From Patescibacteria group bacterium (GTDB taxonomy: Bacteria > Patescibacteriota > Microgenomatia > 0-14-0-10-38-17), in contig JBMNNJ010000002.1 of the NCBI GenBank assembly GCA_050953885.1, positions 41,586-105,585 on the forward strand: a DNA stretch of 64,000 nt. The letters are read 5' to 3'. Both the position numbers and the translations under genes were made by a program. Below the pieces are notes generated by a model. That model had not been told where the DNA came from. It saw nothing but the letters and a program-made list of their open reading frames with translations, and made no database searches. Below, one piece after another: positions 36,241 through 45,900 of the stretch; position 1 is the first letter of the stretch, and each line of letters begins with the position of its first letter.

Positions 36241-37959
36241 TCATTCGTTTCCCATTCGTGTCAATTCGTGTTTCCATTCGCCTATCTTCCTCACCACTTC
36301 ATTATATTGTAGTATTTCTACTTTCTCTTTGTCTCTTTCTTTATACTCTATTGAATCGCCTGTTTTTGGGGAGACAATCAAACGAACAGGAATGCCGACT
36401 AAATCCGCGTCGGCAAATTTTTCCCCCGCCGAAACCTCCCGACGATCATCATAAAGAACTTCAATGCCATCTTTTAAAAAACGGTCAAAAATTGCTTCCG
36501 CTTTTTCAAAAGCGCCTTCTAAGGCGATCAGATGAACCTGATAAGGAGCAATACTCTTAGGCCAAATAATTCCCTTTTTATCATGATGAATTTCTACCAC
36601 CGTGGCCATTGTTCGTCCCAACCCAATACCATAACAACCCATATAGAAAGGCTTTTCTTTGCCCTTTTTATCAATAAAATTCGCTCCTTTCATAAGACGG
36701 GTATAGTGATAACCAAGCTCAAAAATATGGCCCACTTCAATCCCTTTAATTTCCTGAAGTTTTCCTTGACGACATTGGGGGCAAAAATCACCCTCTCGCG
36801 CGCAAGTAATATCCGCCAGTAAAGAGTAGGAAAAATCTCGGCCGTAATTAACATTAACCGTGTCGGTTTTGGCTTCTTTTTGGCCGCCAATAAAATTTTT
36901 TACCATTTTTAAACCTAAATCGCCTACATAAACCACTCCTTGATGTCCCCAGGAATGAACCCAACCATGTTTAGTGCCTATTTTCTCTAAATCTTCTGCC
37001 GTTGCCGGTTCAAGGCTTTCCACCCCCAAAACTCGCTTCAGCTTTGCTTCGTTTACTTCCTGATCACCGCGCAGGGAAGCAATAATTATTCTTCCTTTCT
37101 CGTCTTTATAAACAACATTTTTCAAAAATCGCCAAAGCGGTTGGCGGTAATGCTTTACATTATCCTCCATGGTGCAAACCCATTCCGGCTGGGGAATAAT
37201 TTCTAAAGGTTTTTCTTCTTCGTCAGGATTAAGGGGCGCAAGATAGGCTTGCGCTTTCTCCAAACTGGCCTGATAAGAACATTGGCGGCATTTTAAAACC
37301 GCATCTTCTCCATTTTTATCAGGAACCACAAATTCATGGCAACGCTCGCCGCCAATATAACCGCTGTCAGCTTCAACTACCAAAAAAGGCAACTCTAAGC
37401 TCTGGAAAATTTTTTCATAAGCTTGCCAAAAAAACCGGTAGGTTTCGGCAAAATCTTTCTTATTTTGGTCAAAAGAATAAGCGTCTTTCATGATAAATTC
37501 CCGCACCCGCAACAGCCCGCCCCGAAAACGCCGTTCGTCACGAAATTTGGTGGAAAATTGGTAAAGAAAAAAAGGCAAATCTTTATAGGAAAGCTTTTTC
37601 CGGCGCACCAGATCCACAAACATTTCCTCCGCCGTTCCTCCTAAGGCAAATTCCGCTCCTGACCGGCTCTTAACCTTCATCAACTCAAAAGAAACTGACG
37701 TTGTCCTTTTCGTTTCCTGCCATAAAGAAAGAGGGTGTAAAATCGGGGTGATCATCTCCTGCGCCCCAATCGCCTCCATTTCTCTTCTGATTACTTCTTC
37801 TATTTTTTGATGGACGCGCCAACCTAAGGGAAGAAAATAATATTCTCCGGCTGAACTTTCCTCAATAAAGCCGCCGCGCCGTAAAAGCTGGTGGCTTGCC
37901 ACCACTGCCTTTTTAAACGGCTCCTTGCTGGTTTTGCCAAAAAGTTTTGAATAACGCAT
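36241..37959 (-). CDS. proS: prolyl-tRNA synthetase (bacterial type); its last 15 codons read through an ATTCG repeat module
   Basis: The 572 aa ORF has class II motifs and a ProRS N-terminus (MRYSKLFGKT..., FRDERRFRGGLLRVREFIMKDAYSF). The C-terminus KIGEWKHELTRMGNE is encoded by the repeat ...ccattcgtgtcaattcgtgtttcc. Confidence 0.9.
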   Translation of the reverse strand: MRYSKLFGKTSKEPFKKAVVASHQLLRRGGFIEESSAGEYYFLPLGWRVHQKIEEVIRREMEAIGAQEMITPILHPLSLWQETKRTTSVSFELMKVKSRSGAEFALGGTAEEMFVDLVRRKKLSYKDLPFFLYQFSTKFRDERRFRGGLLRVREFIMKDAYSFDQNKKDFAETYRFFWQAYEKIFQSLELPFLVVEADSGYIGGERCHEFVVPDKNGEDAVLKCRQCSYQASLEKAQAYLAPLNPDEEEKPLEIIPQPEWVCTMEDNVKHYRQPLWRFLKNVVYKDEKGRIIIASLRGDQEVNEAKLKRVLGVESLEPATAEDLEKIGTKHGWVHSWGHQGVVYVGDLGLKMVKNFIGGQKEAKTDTVNVNYGRDFSYSLLADITCAREGDFCPQCRQGKLQEIKGIEVGHIFELGYHYTRLMKGANFIDKKGKEKPFYMGCYGIGLGRTMATVVEIHHDKKGIIWPKSIAPYQVHLIALEGAFEKAEAIFDRFLKDGIEVLYDDRREVSAGEKFADADLVGIPVRLIVSPKTGDSIEYKERDKEKVEILQYNEVVRKIGEWKHELTRMGNE

Positions 37960-38029
37960 GTTTAGATAAAATAACGATTTGGATCTTGTTGTGGATTAGC
38001 GCACTTTAGTGCGCGCCAATTCCCGCACA

Positions 38030-38175
38030 AAAGATAAACTCAAATGTTAAATCGCAAAACGCAAAACGACAACTCAAAACTCAAATCTAAAAAACAACTT
38101 TAAGCTTTAAAAAGTTTTAACATTTGCCATGTAGATTTGCCATTTGACATTTGCGTTTTGAGTTTATTTTTCGCG
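38030..38175. repeat. palindromic intergenic element, family 2 (core ctaaaaaacaactttaagctttaaaaagttttaacatttgccatgtag)
   Basis: It shares at least 60 nt of near-identity with the copies at 48196-48380 and, inverted, at 60500-60670. It is flanked by ATTCG modules. Confidence 0.6.
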
Positions 38176-38193
38176 TCCATTCGCGTCTCTACC

Positions 38194-39876
38194 CTACAGG
38201 CTAATATCTACCAAAAGCACCATCGGCCGCCGACCGGTAGTTTGGTAAAAAAGCTTTTCCAAAGAATCCTGAATAATCACCTTTAAATCTTGCCAGTCAA
38301 GCTTATTATTCTGAATTAAAATATTTTTAATCTCTTCCTTGGCACCGTTAAGAATTTCCCGACTGTCTTTTAGCTGTCCGTAAAGAAAGCCCCGACTCAC
38401 CAAAAGCGGTTCCATTAAAAGCGTTTTTTTAGTTTTATCTAAGGCCAAAATGGCCACCACCAAACCCTCGCGGGACAAAATTTCCCGATCGCGCAAAACC
38501 ACATTACCCACATCGCCCACTCCCAAACCGTCAACCAGCACTTCTCTAATCTCCATTTTGCCGTCAATTCTCGCCTGGCCGTCTTTTAGGCAAATAACAT
38601 CGTTTTCGTTTGGCAGAAGAACGCTTTGGGAGGAGTAACCCATTTTTTGGGCCAAAACCGCATATTGCTTCATTTGCCGGAAATTGCCGCCAATGGGAAG
38701 CAGGAATTTGGGCTTTACCAAATTAATAAGCAGGGCCAAATCGCCTTGGGCGCCATGGCCGGAAACATGCAAATCCTCGGAAATATCCATATAGGAAACC
38801 TCGGCTCCTTGTTTAATCAGATCGTCAATTAAAGCTTGAATCAGCGATTCATTGCCGGGAATATAATCGCTTGAGAAAACCACAAAGTCATTTTTCTCTA
38901 TCTTAAAATGAGGGTGCTGACCGGAAGTAATCCGATCCAGCGCCGAACCCACTTGAGCTTGGGAGCCGGCGACAATTAAGGTAAGGTTTTGGGGCAAAAA
39001 ATTCTTGGCCCGCTCCGGCTTAATTTCGCTTTCGGGAGGAAGATTAATGTAGCCAAACTGGCGGCCGATTTTCACCGCTTCCTTAACCGAGCGGCCCACC
39101 AAAACTATTTTGCGGCCAAATCGCCGCGAGGCATCAATGGCCGTTTTCAGACGGCTGATGTTGGAAGACATGGTGGTCACAATAAACCGCCCTTTGGCTT
39201 TTCTTATCTCCCGCTCAAAAATTTCCACCAAAGTTTGCTCCGAAGGGGTGTAGCCTTCTCTTTCCGCCCGCAAACAATCAGAAAGCATTAAATCCACCCC
39301 CAGGCGAGAAGCTTCCACCATTTTTTCTATCCCAATTTTGGTTTTGTCTACCGGTGTCCAGTCAAATTTAAAATCCGGACCATGATAAACATTGCCAAAA
39401 GGAGTTTTAATAAAAAGATGGCCCGCTTGGGGAATGGAGTGGGTAATGGGCAAAAGAGTAATTTTAAAATCACCCAAAATAATCTCTTTGCCAAAAGGCG
39501 CTTCCTGCAAATTAGCCGCCACCTCGGCCTCTTTCAGCTTTTCCCGCGCCAAGGCAAGCGTTAAAGGAGAACCAAAAACCGGCAAGTTAGGAAAATAGGG
39601 CAGAACATAGGGAAGCGCACCAATATGATCTTCATGGCCATGGGTAAGAAAAATACCTCTTATTTTATTCTTTTTTTTCTTAAGGTAGGTGATATCGGGA
39701 ATAATCAGGTCAATGCCAAACATTGTTTTCTCCGGAAAGCCAATGCCGCAGTCAACCACCAGAATATCCCGCGGGGTTTCGTAAACAAACATGTTCTGGG
39801 TAACCTTCCCAAACCCGCCTAAAGAAAAAATCCGCAGGCCTTCTCCCTTATTAGTATTATTTATAATATTGTTCAT
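38194..39876 (-). CDS. rnj: ribonuclease J (metallo-beta-lactamase/beta-CASP)
   Basis: The 560 aa ORF has the HGHEDH motif, beta-CASP motifs and a C-terminal domain typical of RNase J. Confidence 0.9.
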   Translation of the reverse strand: MNNIINNTNKGEGLRIFSLGGFGKVTQNMFVYETPRDILVVDCGIGFPEKTMFGIDLIIPDITYLKKKKNKIRGIFLTHGHEDHIGALPYVLPYFPNLPVFGSPLTLALAREKLKEAEVAANLQEAPFGKEIILGDFKITLLPITHSIPQAGHLFIKTPFGNVYHGPDFKFDWTPVDKTKIGIEKMVEASRLGVDLMLSDCLRAEREGYTPSEQTLVEIFEREIRKAKGRFIVTTMSSNISRLKTAIDASRRFGRKIVLVGRSVKEAVKIGRQFGYINLPPESEIKPERAKNFLPQNLTLIVAGSQAQVGSALDRITSGQHPHFKIEKNDFVVFSSDYIPGNESLIQALIDDLIKQGAEVSYMDISEDLHVSGHGAQGDLALLINLVKPKFLLPIGGNFRQMKQYAVLAQKMGYSSQSVLLPNENDVICLKDGQARIDGKMEIREVLVDGLGVGDVGNVVLRDREILSREGLVVAILALDKTKKTLLMEPLLVSRGFLYGQLKDSREILNGAKEEIKNILIQNNKLDWQDLKVIIQDSLEKLFYQTTGRRPMVLLVDISL

Positions 39877-39900
39877 AGTTAAAATAAACGAAAATAAATT

Positions 39901-39973
39901 TGTAGGGGCGATTCATGAATCGCCCGTCAATAATTTACACCAGCATGCGGGCGCATCGTGATGCGCCCCTACA
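39901..39973. repeat. second REP/REPIN-like doublet (same architecture, different stem sequences)
   Basis: tGTAGGGGCGATTCAtgAATCGCCCgtcaa...GCGGGCGCATCgtgATGCGCCCCTACa. It shares TGTAGGGGCG, CGCCCGTCAA and CCCCTACA with the 5767 copy. The stems differ but remain perfectly paired. Confidence 0.6.
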
Positions 39974-40012
39974 ATTCGCGTCCATTCGTTTCCCATTCAC
40001 GTTAATTCGTGT

Positions 40013-40660
40013 TTAAACCAACCTTAACTGCTCCTCTTTTCCTTCTTGCTTAACAGTTGCTTGATCCCGGCCAAGGCTTTCTTTTTCTCCGTTCATTTTT
40101 TTCAAAAACTCTCCCAAGCGCCGAAAATCTTCTTCCTCCTCCCTCATTATTTTACCATTACGCAAAGCGGCCGCCGGATGATACATCGGCACCAAAACTA
40201 ACTCCTTGCCGCCAAAATCAATCAATCGCGGCCGACCATGAACTTGAGTAATTGAGGCGTTGGGGAGGAATTTGCCTAAGGAAAACCGTCCCAAGCTCAC
40301 CACCATTTGAGGGTTAATAACCTCAATCTGGTGATCCAAAAAAAACTGGCAGGCTTCAATTTCTTGAGGCTGGGGATCGCGGTTTTGGGGCGGGCGGTGC
40401 TTTAAAATATTGGCAATAAAAACTTTCTCTCTTTTTAAGCCCGCCTGGGCCAAAAGTTTGTCTAATAATTTGCCGGCGGCGCCGCAAAAAGGAATCCCCT
40501 TCTGATCCTCCCAAAATCCCGGCGCTTCGCCAATAAACATCACCTGGGCGTCACTGCTGCCTTCTCCGGGCACGGCTTGGGTGGCTTTCTGCCCTAACGG
40601 ACAGCGCCGACATTTCTTAATCTCCTCGGCAATTTGTAATAAGGCTTCTTGTTTGGTCAT
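40013..40660 (-). CDS. uracil-DNA glycosylase, family 4 (Fe-S type)
   Basis: The 215 aa ORF has CRRCPL near its N-terminus, the GEAPG motif, HPAA and additional Cys residues. Confidence 0.8.
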   Translation of the reverse strand: MTKQEALLQIAEEIKKCRRCPLGQKATQAVPGEGSSDAQVMFIGEAPGFWEDQKGIPFCGAAGKLLDKLLAQAGLKREKVFIANILKHRPPQNRDPQPQEIEACQFFLDHQIEVINPQMVVSLGRFSLGKFLPNASITQVHGRPRLIDFGGKELVLVPMYHPAAALRNGKIMREEEEDFRRLGEFLKKMNGEKESLGRDQATVKQEGKEEQLRLV

Positions 40661-40918
40661 AAAAAATAAATTACAAGTATATTACTCTCCTCATTTATTA
40701 TTACAATCTGACTCCGCCGATATAAAACGCGAAAATTAAATCAAAGAGTAAAGATCAAAGTGTAAAACCAAGTTCAAAAACCAAAACCAGAAGCTTAACA
40801 TTTTTGAACTTTGATTTAGGTTTTGATCTTTGATATTTGATTTTTGATTTATTTTTATATTATTCGCTCATTCGCGTCTATTCGTTTTCCATTCGTGTCA
40901 ATTCGTGTCGGCAGTTTT

Positions 40919-41971
40919 TCACCACATCGGCAAATATTCCTTCACATTCTCGGTGGTGATCTCAAATCTTTCCCCCTCGCCGCTGACCACTTTCTTGGCA
41001 ATCTGGCGGCAAATGCCCTCAAGATTGCGTTTTAGCGTCCGCACCCCGGCGTCATAGCCCAAGGGGCGAACAATTTTTGGCCAAACATCAGGGGTAAAAA
41101 CCACCTGTTGAGGTTCCAAACCCGCCTCGGCAATTGCCTCCGGCAGAAGATAATTTTTACCAATAATAATTTTTTCCTCGTCAGAATAAGAGGGCATCGA
41201 GATAATCTCTAAACGATCTAGCACTGCTTGGGAAATATTGGTGGTATTGTTGCAGGTGGTAATAAAAAACGCCTCGGACAAATCAAAAGGATAATCAATA
41301 AAATAATCGGTAAAGGCGTTGTTTTGCTCCGGGTCTAAAAGCTCCACCAACACCCCCATAATGGAACTACGCGCCTCCTCGGCAATCCGGTCAATTTCAT
41401 CTAAAAGAATAATCGGGTTAGCCGCTTTTGCCTGCCGTAAACCCTTAATAATTTGCCCGGGCTGGGCTTGAGGAAAAACCCGCGACCGACCGCGCAAATA
41501 AAAGGGCTCTTCAATGCCGCCGAAAGGAATTCTCACCATTTTTCTTCCTAAGGCTTCGGCAATCGCCGTTGCCAACGTTGTTTTCCCCGTTCCCACCAAG
41601 CCCACCAAACAAAGAATCGGCGCTCGCGGCTTTTCTCCCTTATCCTTCTTTAGCTTCATCACCGCCAAATATTCCAAAACCCGTTCCTTAATTTCTTCCA
41701 AGCCATAATGATACTTATCCAAAACTCTTCGCGCCTCGCCAAGATCCAAATTATCCTCGGTTTTTTCCCGCCACGGTAAATTCACAATCCACTCCACATA
41801 ATGGCTAATCGCCTCATATTCTTGGGAAAACTGGCCAAATTGGAGGGAAAGGCGCAACCTTTCTATTGCCAAAAGCGTTCTTGAAGAAAGATCGGCCGGT
41901 AAGGGAGCTTCCTTAACCTGTTTGGCTAACTTTTCAATTTCCTGGTCAACTTTGGGCTCGGCAGTTTTCAT
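40919..41971 (-). CDS. Lon-like AAA+ ATPase lacking the protease domain (truncated Lon, or stand-alone AAA+)
   Basis: The 350 aa ORF aligns to the Lon segment from ...DHYGL.evKeRIlEYLAV through Walker A (GLVGTGKTT), Walker B (ILLDEIDRI) and the sensor regions (YTREAGVR-like GYDAGVRTL). It ends at ...KEYLPMW and is followed by repeat modules and then the UDG gene. Confidence 0.75.
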   Translation of the reverse strand: MKTAEPKVDQEIEKLAKQVKEAPLPADLSSRTLLAIERLRLSLQFGQFSQEYEAISHYVEWIVNLPWREKTEDNLDLGEARRVLDKYHYGLEEIKERVLEYLAVMKLKKDKGEKPRAPILCLVGLVGTGKTTLATAIAEALGRKMVRIPFGGIEEPFYLRGRSRVFPQAQPGQIIKGLRQAKAANPIILLDEIDRIAEEARSSIMGVLVELLDPEQNNAFTDYFIDYPFDLSEAFFITTCNNTTNISQAVLDRLEIISMPSYSDEEKIIIGKNYLLPEAIAEAGLEPQQVVFTPDVWPKIVRPLGYDAGVRTLKRNLEGICRQIAKKVVSGEGERFEITTENVKEYLPMW

Positions 41972-42002
41972 TCCTTTTCTATCTTAGCACAACGTCCTTT
42001 TT

Positions 42003-44174
42003 TTATCTCCTCACCCGGCGCGAAGCATCTCCCCGACTGGAGCGCTCATAGCGCCCTCGCGGGGAAGAAAAATGACTTAAGCGGGGACGTTCTTGATGCT
42101 CTTGAGGCTGGTTTGATCCATCTAAAATCATCGTTAAATTAATTCTTCCCTGATCATCAATTTCCCGCACCTTCACTTGTACCTTCTGGCCTTCATGAAC
42201 CACCTCGGCCGGATCTTTCACAAAATGAGTCGCCATTTGGGAAACATGAACTAAGCCCTCTTTTTGAGGCAGAATTTCCACAAACGCCCCAAAAGGCCGA
42301 ATCCGTTTTACCACTCCTTCAAAAATTTCCCCCGCTTTCACTTCCCGGGTTAGGTTTTTAACCCAGTTAACGGCGCGGTTAACTTCTTCCCCATTTGTGC
42401 CGGAAATGCTTACCTCGCCATTATCCTCCACATTAACCTCGCAACCCGTTTCTTCAATAATCTGGCGAATAATTTTCCCTCCCGGCCCGATTAAACCGCC
42501 AATTTTTTCCGGATCAATTTTCACCAAGGCCACCTTAGGCGCGTACTGGGAAACTTTTTCTCGCGCTTGCGGCAAAACGGCCAGCATTTTTGCCAAAATT
42601 TCCTCGCGGGCTTTCTTCGCTCTTGCCAAAACCTCATCAATGGCCGCTAAAACCAGCCCTTCATTTTTAACATCCATTTGAATGGCCGTCACCCCATTTT
42701 TCGTGCCCGTTACCTTAAAGTCCATCTCGCCGTTAAAATCCTCAATGCCGGCAATATCGGTTAAAATCGTCCATTTTTCTTGCTTACTGGCCATCCCCAA
42801 AGCAATTCCCGCCACCGGCTCCTTAATAGGCACCCCGGCATCCATCAGGGCCAAAGTTGAACCGCAAGTTGAAGCCATCGAAGTAGAGCCGTCAGATGAA
42901 AGCACCTCGGAAACCACCCGAATGGCATAAGGAAAAACATCCTTACCCGGCAAAACCGGTTCCAGGGCCTTTTCCGCCAATGCCCCGTGGCCAATTTCCC
43001 GCCTTTTGGGACCGGAGATAAAAGCGATTTCTCCCGAAGCAAAAGGAAGCATTGAATAATGATGCATATAACGTTTTGTTTCCTCGCCCTCCGGGCTTTC
43101 AATCCATTGTTCTAAGGAAAGGGGGCCTAAAGTCGCGATGGATAATACTTGCGTTTTCCCGCGGGTAAAAATAGCGCTGCCGTGAGTCCGTGGCAAAACT
43201 CCCACCTCTGCCGTAATGGGACGAATCTCATCAATTTTTCTTCCGTCCGGCCGCTCGCCTTCCAAAAGCTTTCCTCTTAACCATTTCTTAACCGCTTTCT
43301 CAAAAGCCAAACGGACCTTAATTTTGTCTTCCTCGGCAAAAGATGCCAAAACCGCTTCTTTAAGCGGGCTTAAGGCAAATTCCTCGCCCTTTCTTGCTTT
43401 CTCCCAAGCTTCTTCCAAATCTTTCTTAATTTTTTGGCTAATCTCTTTCTCAAGTTCAGGCGAAGCGTAAGAAACATAGGCCATTTTTTCCTTCCCTATC
43501 TCTTGACGCATTTTTTCGATAAAGTCAAGCAACCGTTGGGCCTCCTTAAAACCAAATTCAATTCCCGCCACCACTTTCTTTTCCTCTACCTGATTGCCTT
43601 TAGCCTCAATCATCACCACTTTTTCCCGGGTACAAGAAATTACCAAGTTAAGATCGGAAAATTCTTCGTCACCAGCCACCGGATTAATAAAATAAGTGTC
43701 CTCTTTCATCCCCACTTCCACTGTGGTTATGGGCCCCAAGAAGGGAATGTTGGAAAAAGAAAGCGCCGCCGCCGAGGCCAACGAGGCTAAAACCACCGGA
43801 TCATTCTCGCCGTCAACCGAAAGAACCGTCACCGTCACCTGAACTTCATTTAAAAACCCTTCGGGGAAAAGAGGGCGCAGAGAGCGATCAATCAACCGCC
43901 CCGCTAAAATTGCCTCATCAGTGGGCCGGCCTTCCCGCTTCACCCACCGGCTACCCTTAATCCGGCCGCCGGCATAAAGACGCTCCATATATTCAACATC
44001 AAGAGGAAAATAATCAAGATTGGTTGGATGAGGAGAGGCCACCACCGTGGCCAAAACCGCCGTCTGGCCATAAGTGGCCCACACCGCCGCGTTTGCCTGA
44101 CCAGCGAAATCACCTACTTCCAGTTTAAGCGTTCGCCCGCCGATTTCGATTTCCCGACTAATTTTTTTGGTCAT
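42003..44174 (-). CDS. pnp: polynucleotide phosphorylase
   Basis: The 723 aa ORF has two RNase PH domains, KH and S1 domains, and an Arg-rich C-terminal tail. Confidence 0.95.
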   Translation of the reverse strand: MTKKISREIEIGGRTLKLEVGDFAGQANAAVWATYGQTAVLATVVASPHPTNLDYFPLDVEYMERLYAGGRIKGSRWVKREGRPTDEAILAGRLIDRSLRPLFPEGFLNEVQVTVTVLSVDGENDPVVLASLASAAALSFSNIPFLGPITTVEVGMKEDTYFINPVAGDEEFSDLNLVISCTREKVVMIEAKGNQVEEKKVVAGIEFGFKEAQRLLDFIEKMRQEIGKEKMAYVSYASPELEKEISQKIKKDLEEAWEKARKGEEFALSPLKEAVLASFAEEDKIKVRLAFEKAVKKWLRGKLLEGERPDGRKIDEIRPITAEVGVLPRTHGSAIFTRGKTQVLSIATLGPLSLEQWIESPEGEETKRYMHHYSMLPFASGEIAFISGPKRREIGHGALAEKALEPVLPGKDVFPYAIRVVSEVLSSDGSTSMASTCGSTLALMDAGVPIKEPVAGIALGMASKQEKWTILTDIAGIEDFNGEMDFKVTGTKNGVTAIQMDVKNEGLVLAAIDEVLARAKKAREEILAKMLAVLPQAREKVSQYAPKVALVKIDPEKIGGLIGPGGKIIRQIIEETGCEVNVEDNGEVSISGTNGEEVNRAVNWVKNLTREVKAGEIFEGVVKRIRPFGAFVEILPQKEGLVHVSQMATHFVKDPAEVVHEGQKVQVKVREIDDQGRINLTMILDGSNQPQEHQERPRLSHFSSPRGRYERSSRGDASRRVRR

Positions 44175-44446
44175 TCTTTACTTTTTAAAGATAATTTACT
44201 TGTTAAAGCCTGATAGCGCTCTTTATCATTTTGCGCCAAATAATTAAGCAAGCGTCTTCTTTTGGAAACCAAAGAGAGAAGCCCTCGCCGCGAGTGAACA
44301 TCCTTAGGGTTTTCCCCCAAGTGAGCCGCCAGCTTATCAATTTGGGCGGAAAGCAAGGCCACCTGAACCTCCGGAGAACCGGTGTCTTCCTTGTCGTGAG
44401 AAAACTCTTTGATAATTTTTTCCTTTTCTTCTTTGGTTAGGGCCAT
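44171..44446 (-). CDS. rpsO: 30S ribosomal protein S15
   Basis: The 91 aa ORF has S15 motifs (GSPEVQVALLSAQIDKLAAHL..., HSRRGLL) and overlaps the pnp start, as in the canonical rpsO-pnp arrangement. Confidence 0.95.
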   Translation of the reverse strand: MALTKEEKEKIIKEFSHDKEDTGSPEVQVALLSAQIDKLAAHLGENPKDVHSRRGLLSLVSKRRRLLNYLAQNDKERYQALTSKLSLKSKE

Positions 44447-44449
44447 TCT

Positions 44450-45900
44450 GCGCGGTTAAAAAATGAAGCCTTCTTTTCTTTTAAGAAGCCCAATTTTTAC
44501 TCCTTATTTTTTAAGCTTTTCTAAGTTTAACCTAAAATTCCCCAAAAAACAAGAGGGAAATGTGCGGTGTCCAGGACATGCTATACACTTCATGAGGTTT
44601 GGGTATGAGGAATATGTAAGAAGAGTGTTAAAATTGGTGGGTGTTAATTTTGAGAGTGTAGTAAAGGGGGTGAAAAAGCATGAGTCCTGGAATCCATGGA
44701 ATCCGGATAGACTACAAGGAATTAAGAAAGATTAATCCAGAAGCAGCCAGACAAACAGTGATTGAGTATCTAAAGACTAATGGCCACAACATTGCTGATA
44801 CCGCCAGGGTTTTTAGGGTCAACAGGACAGTGGTTTATGACATCTTGGCAAAAAGCAAAGAGGGCAATCTTAAAGACAGACCCAAGATACCAAAACACCA
44901 GCCCAACAAGACACCAGCCAAGACAGAAGGTAAAGTCATTAAGGCCAAGAACAAAACCCACCTGGGGCCAAAAAGATTATCACGCTACCTTGAGAAACAT
45001 GAAGGGATTCTTGTTCCTCCAGGAACAATCAGGCACATTCTAAGGAGGAATAAAGACAGGCTTACTTACAAACTAAAATCAAACAAGAGAAGAAAACAAC
45101 CAAGGGAGTTTGTTGACTGGTATTCAGCTAAACCTTTTGAGATTGTCCAAATGGATATCAAATTCATTAGGGATCAGAAAGCCCTGACTAAAAAGCAAAT
45201 TATTCATCTTAACCAATATGATATTCCCAACTATCAATGGGGAGCCCTGGATGTTAACTCTAGGTTTAAACTAATTGCTTATTCCAAGGAAAAATCTTGG
45301 ACTAATGGTTTGTGTTTTTACCTTTGGACTATTTCCTGGTTAAGGTCTCATGGGGTTAAATCAGAGATTGCCTTTACTGTTGATAATGGTGAGGAATTTG
45401 GGGGTAGATCCTGGTTGAAGGTCAAAGAGTTAAGAAAACTGATCAGGGGTTTTGGCTGTAGATTAATCCAGAACCACAAAGGTCATCCTGAGGAGAATGC
45501 TCATTTGGAAAGAAGCCATAGAACCGATGACGAAGAGTTCTACATTCCCAGGGTCCTACAGATTAAGAGCAAAAAAGATCTCTTGAATGAGGCCCTGGGT
45601 TACATTTATTACTACAACAATGTCCGGGAACACTCATCCTTAGACTATCAAATACCCTACCAATATCTGAAAATGCAATTACCAGAGATTGATGATAACA
45701 TACGTTATGTACAACCGATTATCCTTGATGATGTCTCGGTAAAACTAGGCCCTTGGAGTGGATACAATGTCTTGGCACATCACCGAAAAAAGAAAGCAAA
45801 AGAAATTCTCAACCCTCGCTTACGCCTGAACCACGATAAATTTTGGGAGGATTAAAGTTTGTGGCCGTTGGGGCCTGAGAAAAAGAAGGGAAACGGCCTC
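44450..45900 (+). mobile_element. IS element insertion between rpsO and the DHH-like gene (ends not mapped)
   Basis: An intact transposase interrupts the conserved nusA-infB-(rbfA)-rpsO-pnp gene string. The 3-prime end of the transposase overlaps the stop region of the adjacent minus-strand gene by about 47 nt. Confidence 0.55.
44680..45855 (+). CDS. DDE (integrase-core, rve-type) transposase with N-terminal HTH; IS family uncertain (IS481/IS30-like single-ORF type)
   Basis: The 391 aa ORF has an HTH (TVIEYLKTNGHNIADTARVF), a DDE triad context (QMDIKF, ALDVNSR, ENAHLERSH) and a C-terminal NNVREHSSLDY motif. It is the only long plus-strand gene in a minus-strand operon. Confidence 0.85.
   Translation: MSPGIHGIRIDYKELRKINPEAARQTVIEYLKTNGHNIADTARVFRVNRTVVYDILAKSKEGNLKDRPKIPKHQPNKTPAKTEGKVIKAKNKTHLGPKRLSRYLEKHEGILVPPGTIRHILRRNKDRLTYKLKSNKRRKQPREFVDWYSAKPFEIVQMDIKFIRDQKALTKKQIIHLNQYDIPNYQWGALDVNSRFKLIAYSKEKSWTNGLCFYLWTISWLRSHGVKSEIAFTVDNGEEFGGRSWLKVKELRKLIRGFGCRLIQNHKGHPEENAHLERSHRTDDEEFYIPRVLQIKSKKDLLNEALGYIYYYNNVREHSSLDYQIPYQYLKMQLPEIDDNIRYVQPIILDDVSVKLGPWSGYNVLAHHRKKKAKEILNPRLRLNHDKFWED

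Noticed and set aside
36198-36560. Plus-strand ORFs (120 aa and 81 aa) starting inside the ATTCG repeat module and running antisense into proS.
   Set aside because: Their N-termini are repeat-encoded (MYPVCFAPTIRSFVFIRFPFVSIRVSIR) and they are antisense to proS. They are artefacts of the repeat.
44463-44735. A 90 aa ORF just upstream of and overlapping the transposase start. Considered as an IS3-type orfA with a programmed frameshift.
   Set aside because: The 391 aa transposase ORF already contains its own HTH and a complete DDE core, so a single-ORF IS is more likely. The 90 aa product has no HTH or leucine-zipper features.
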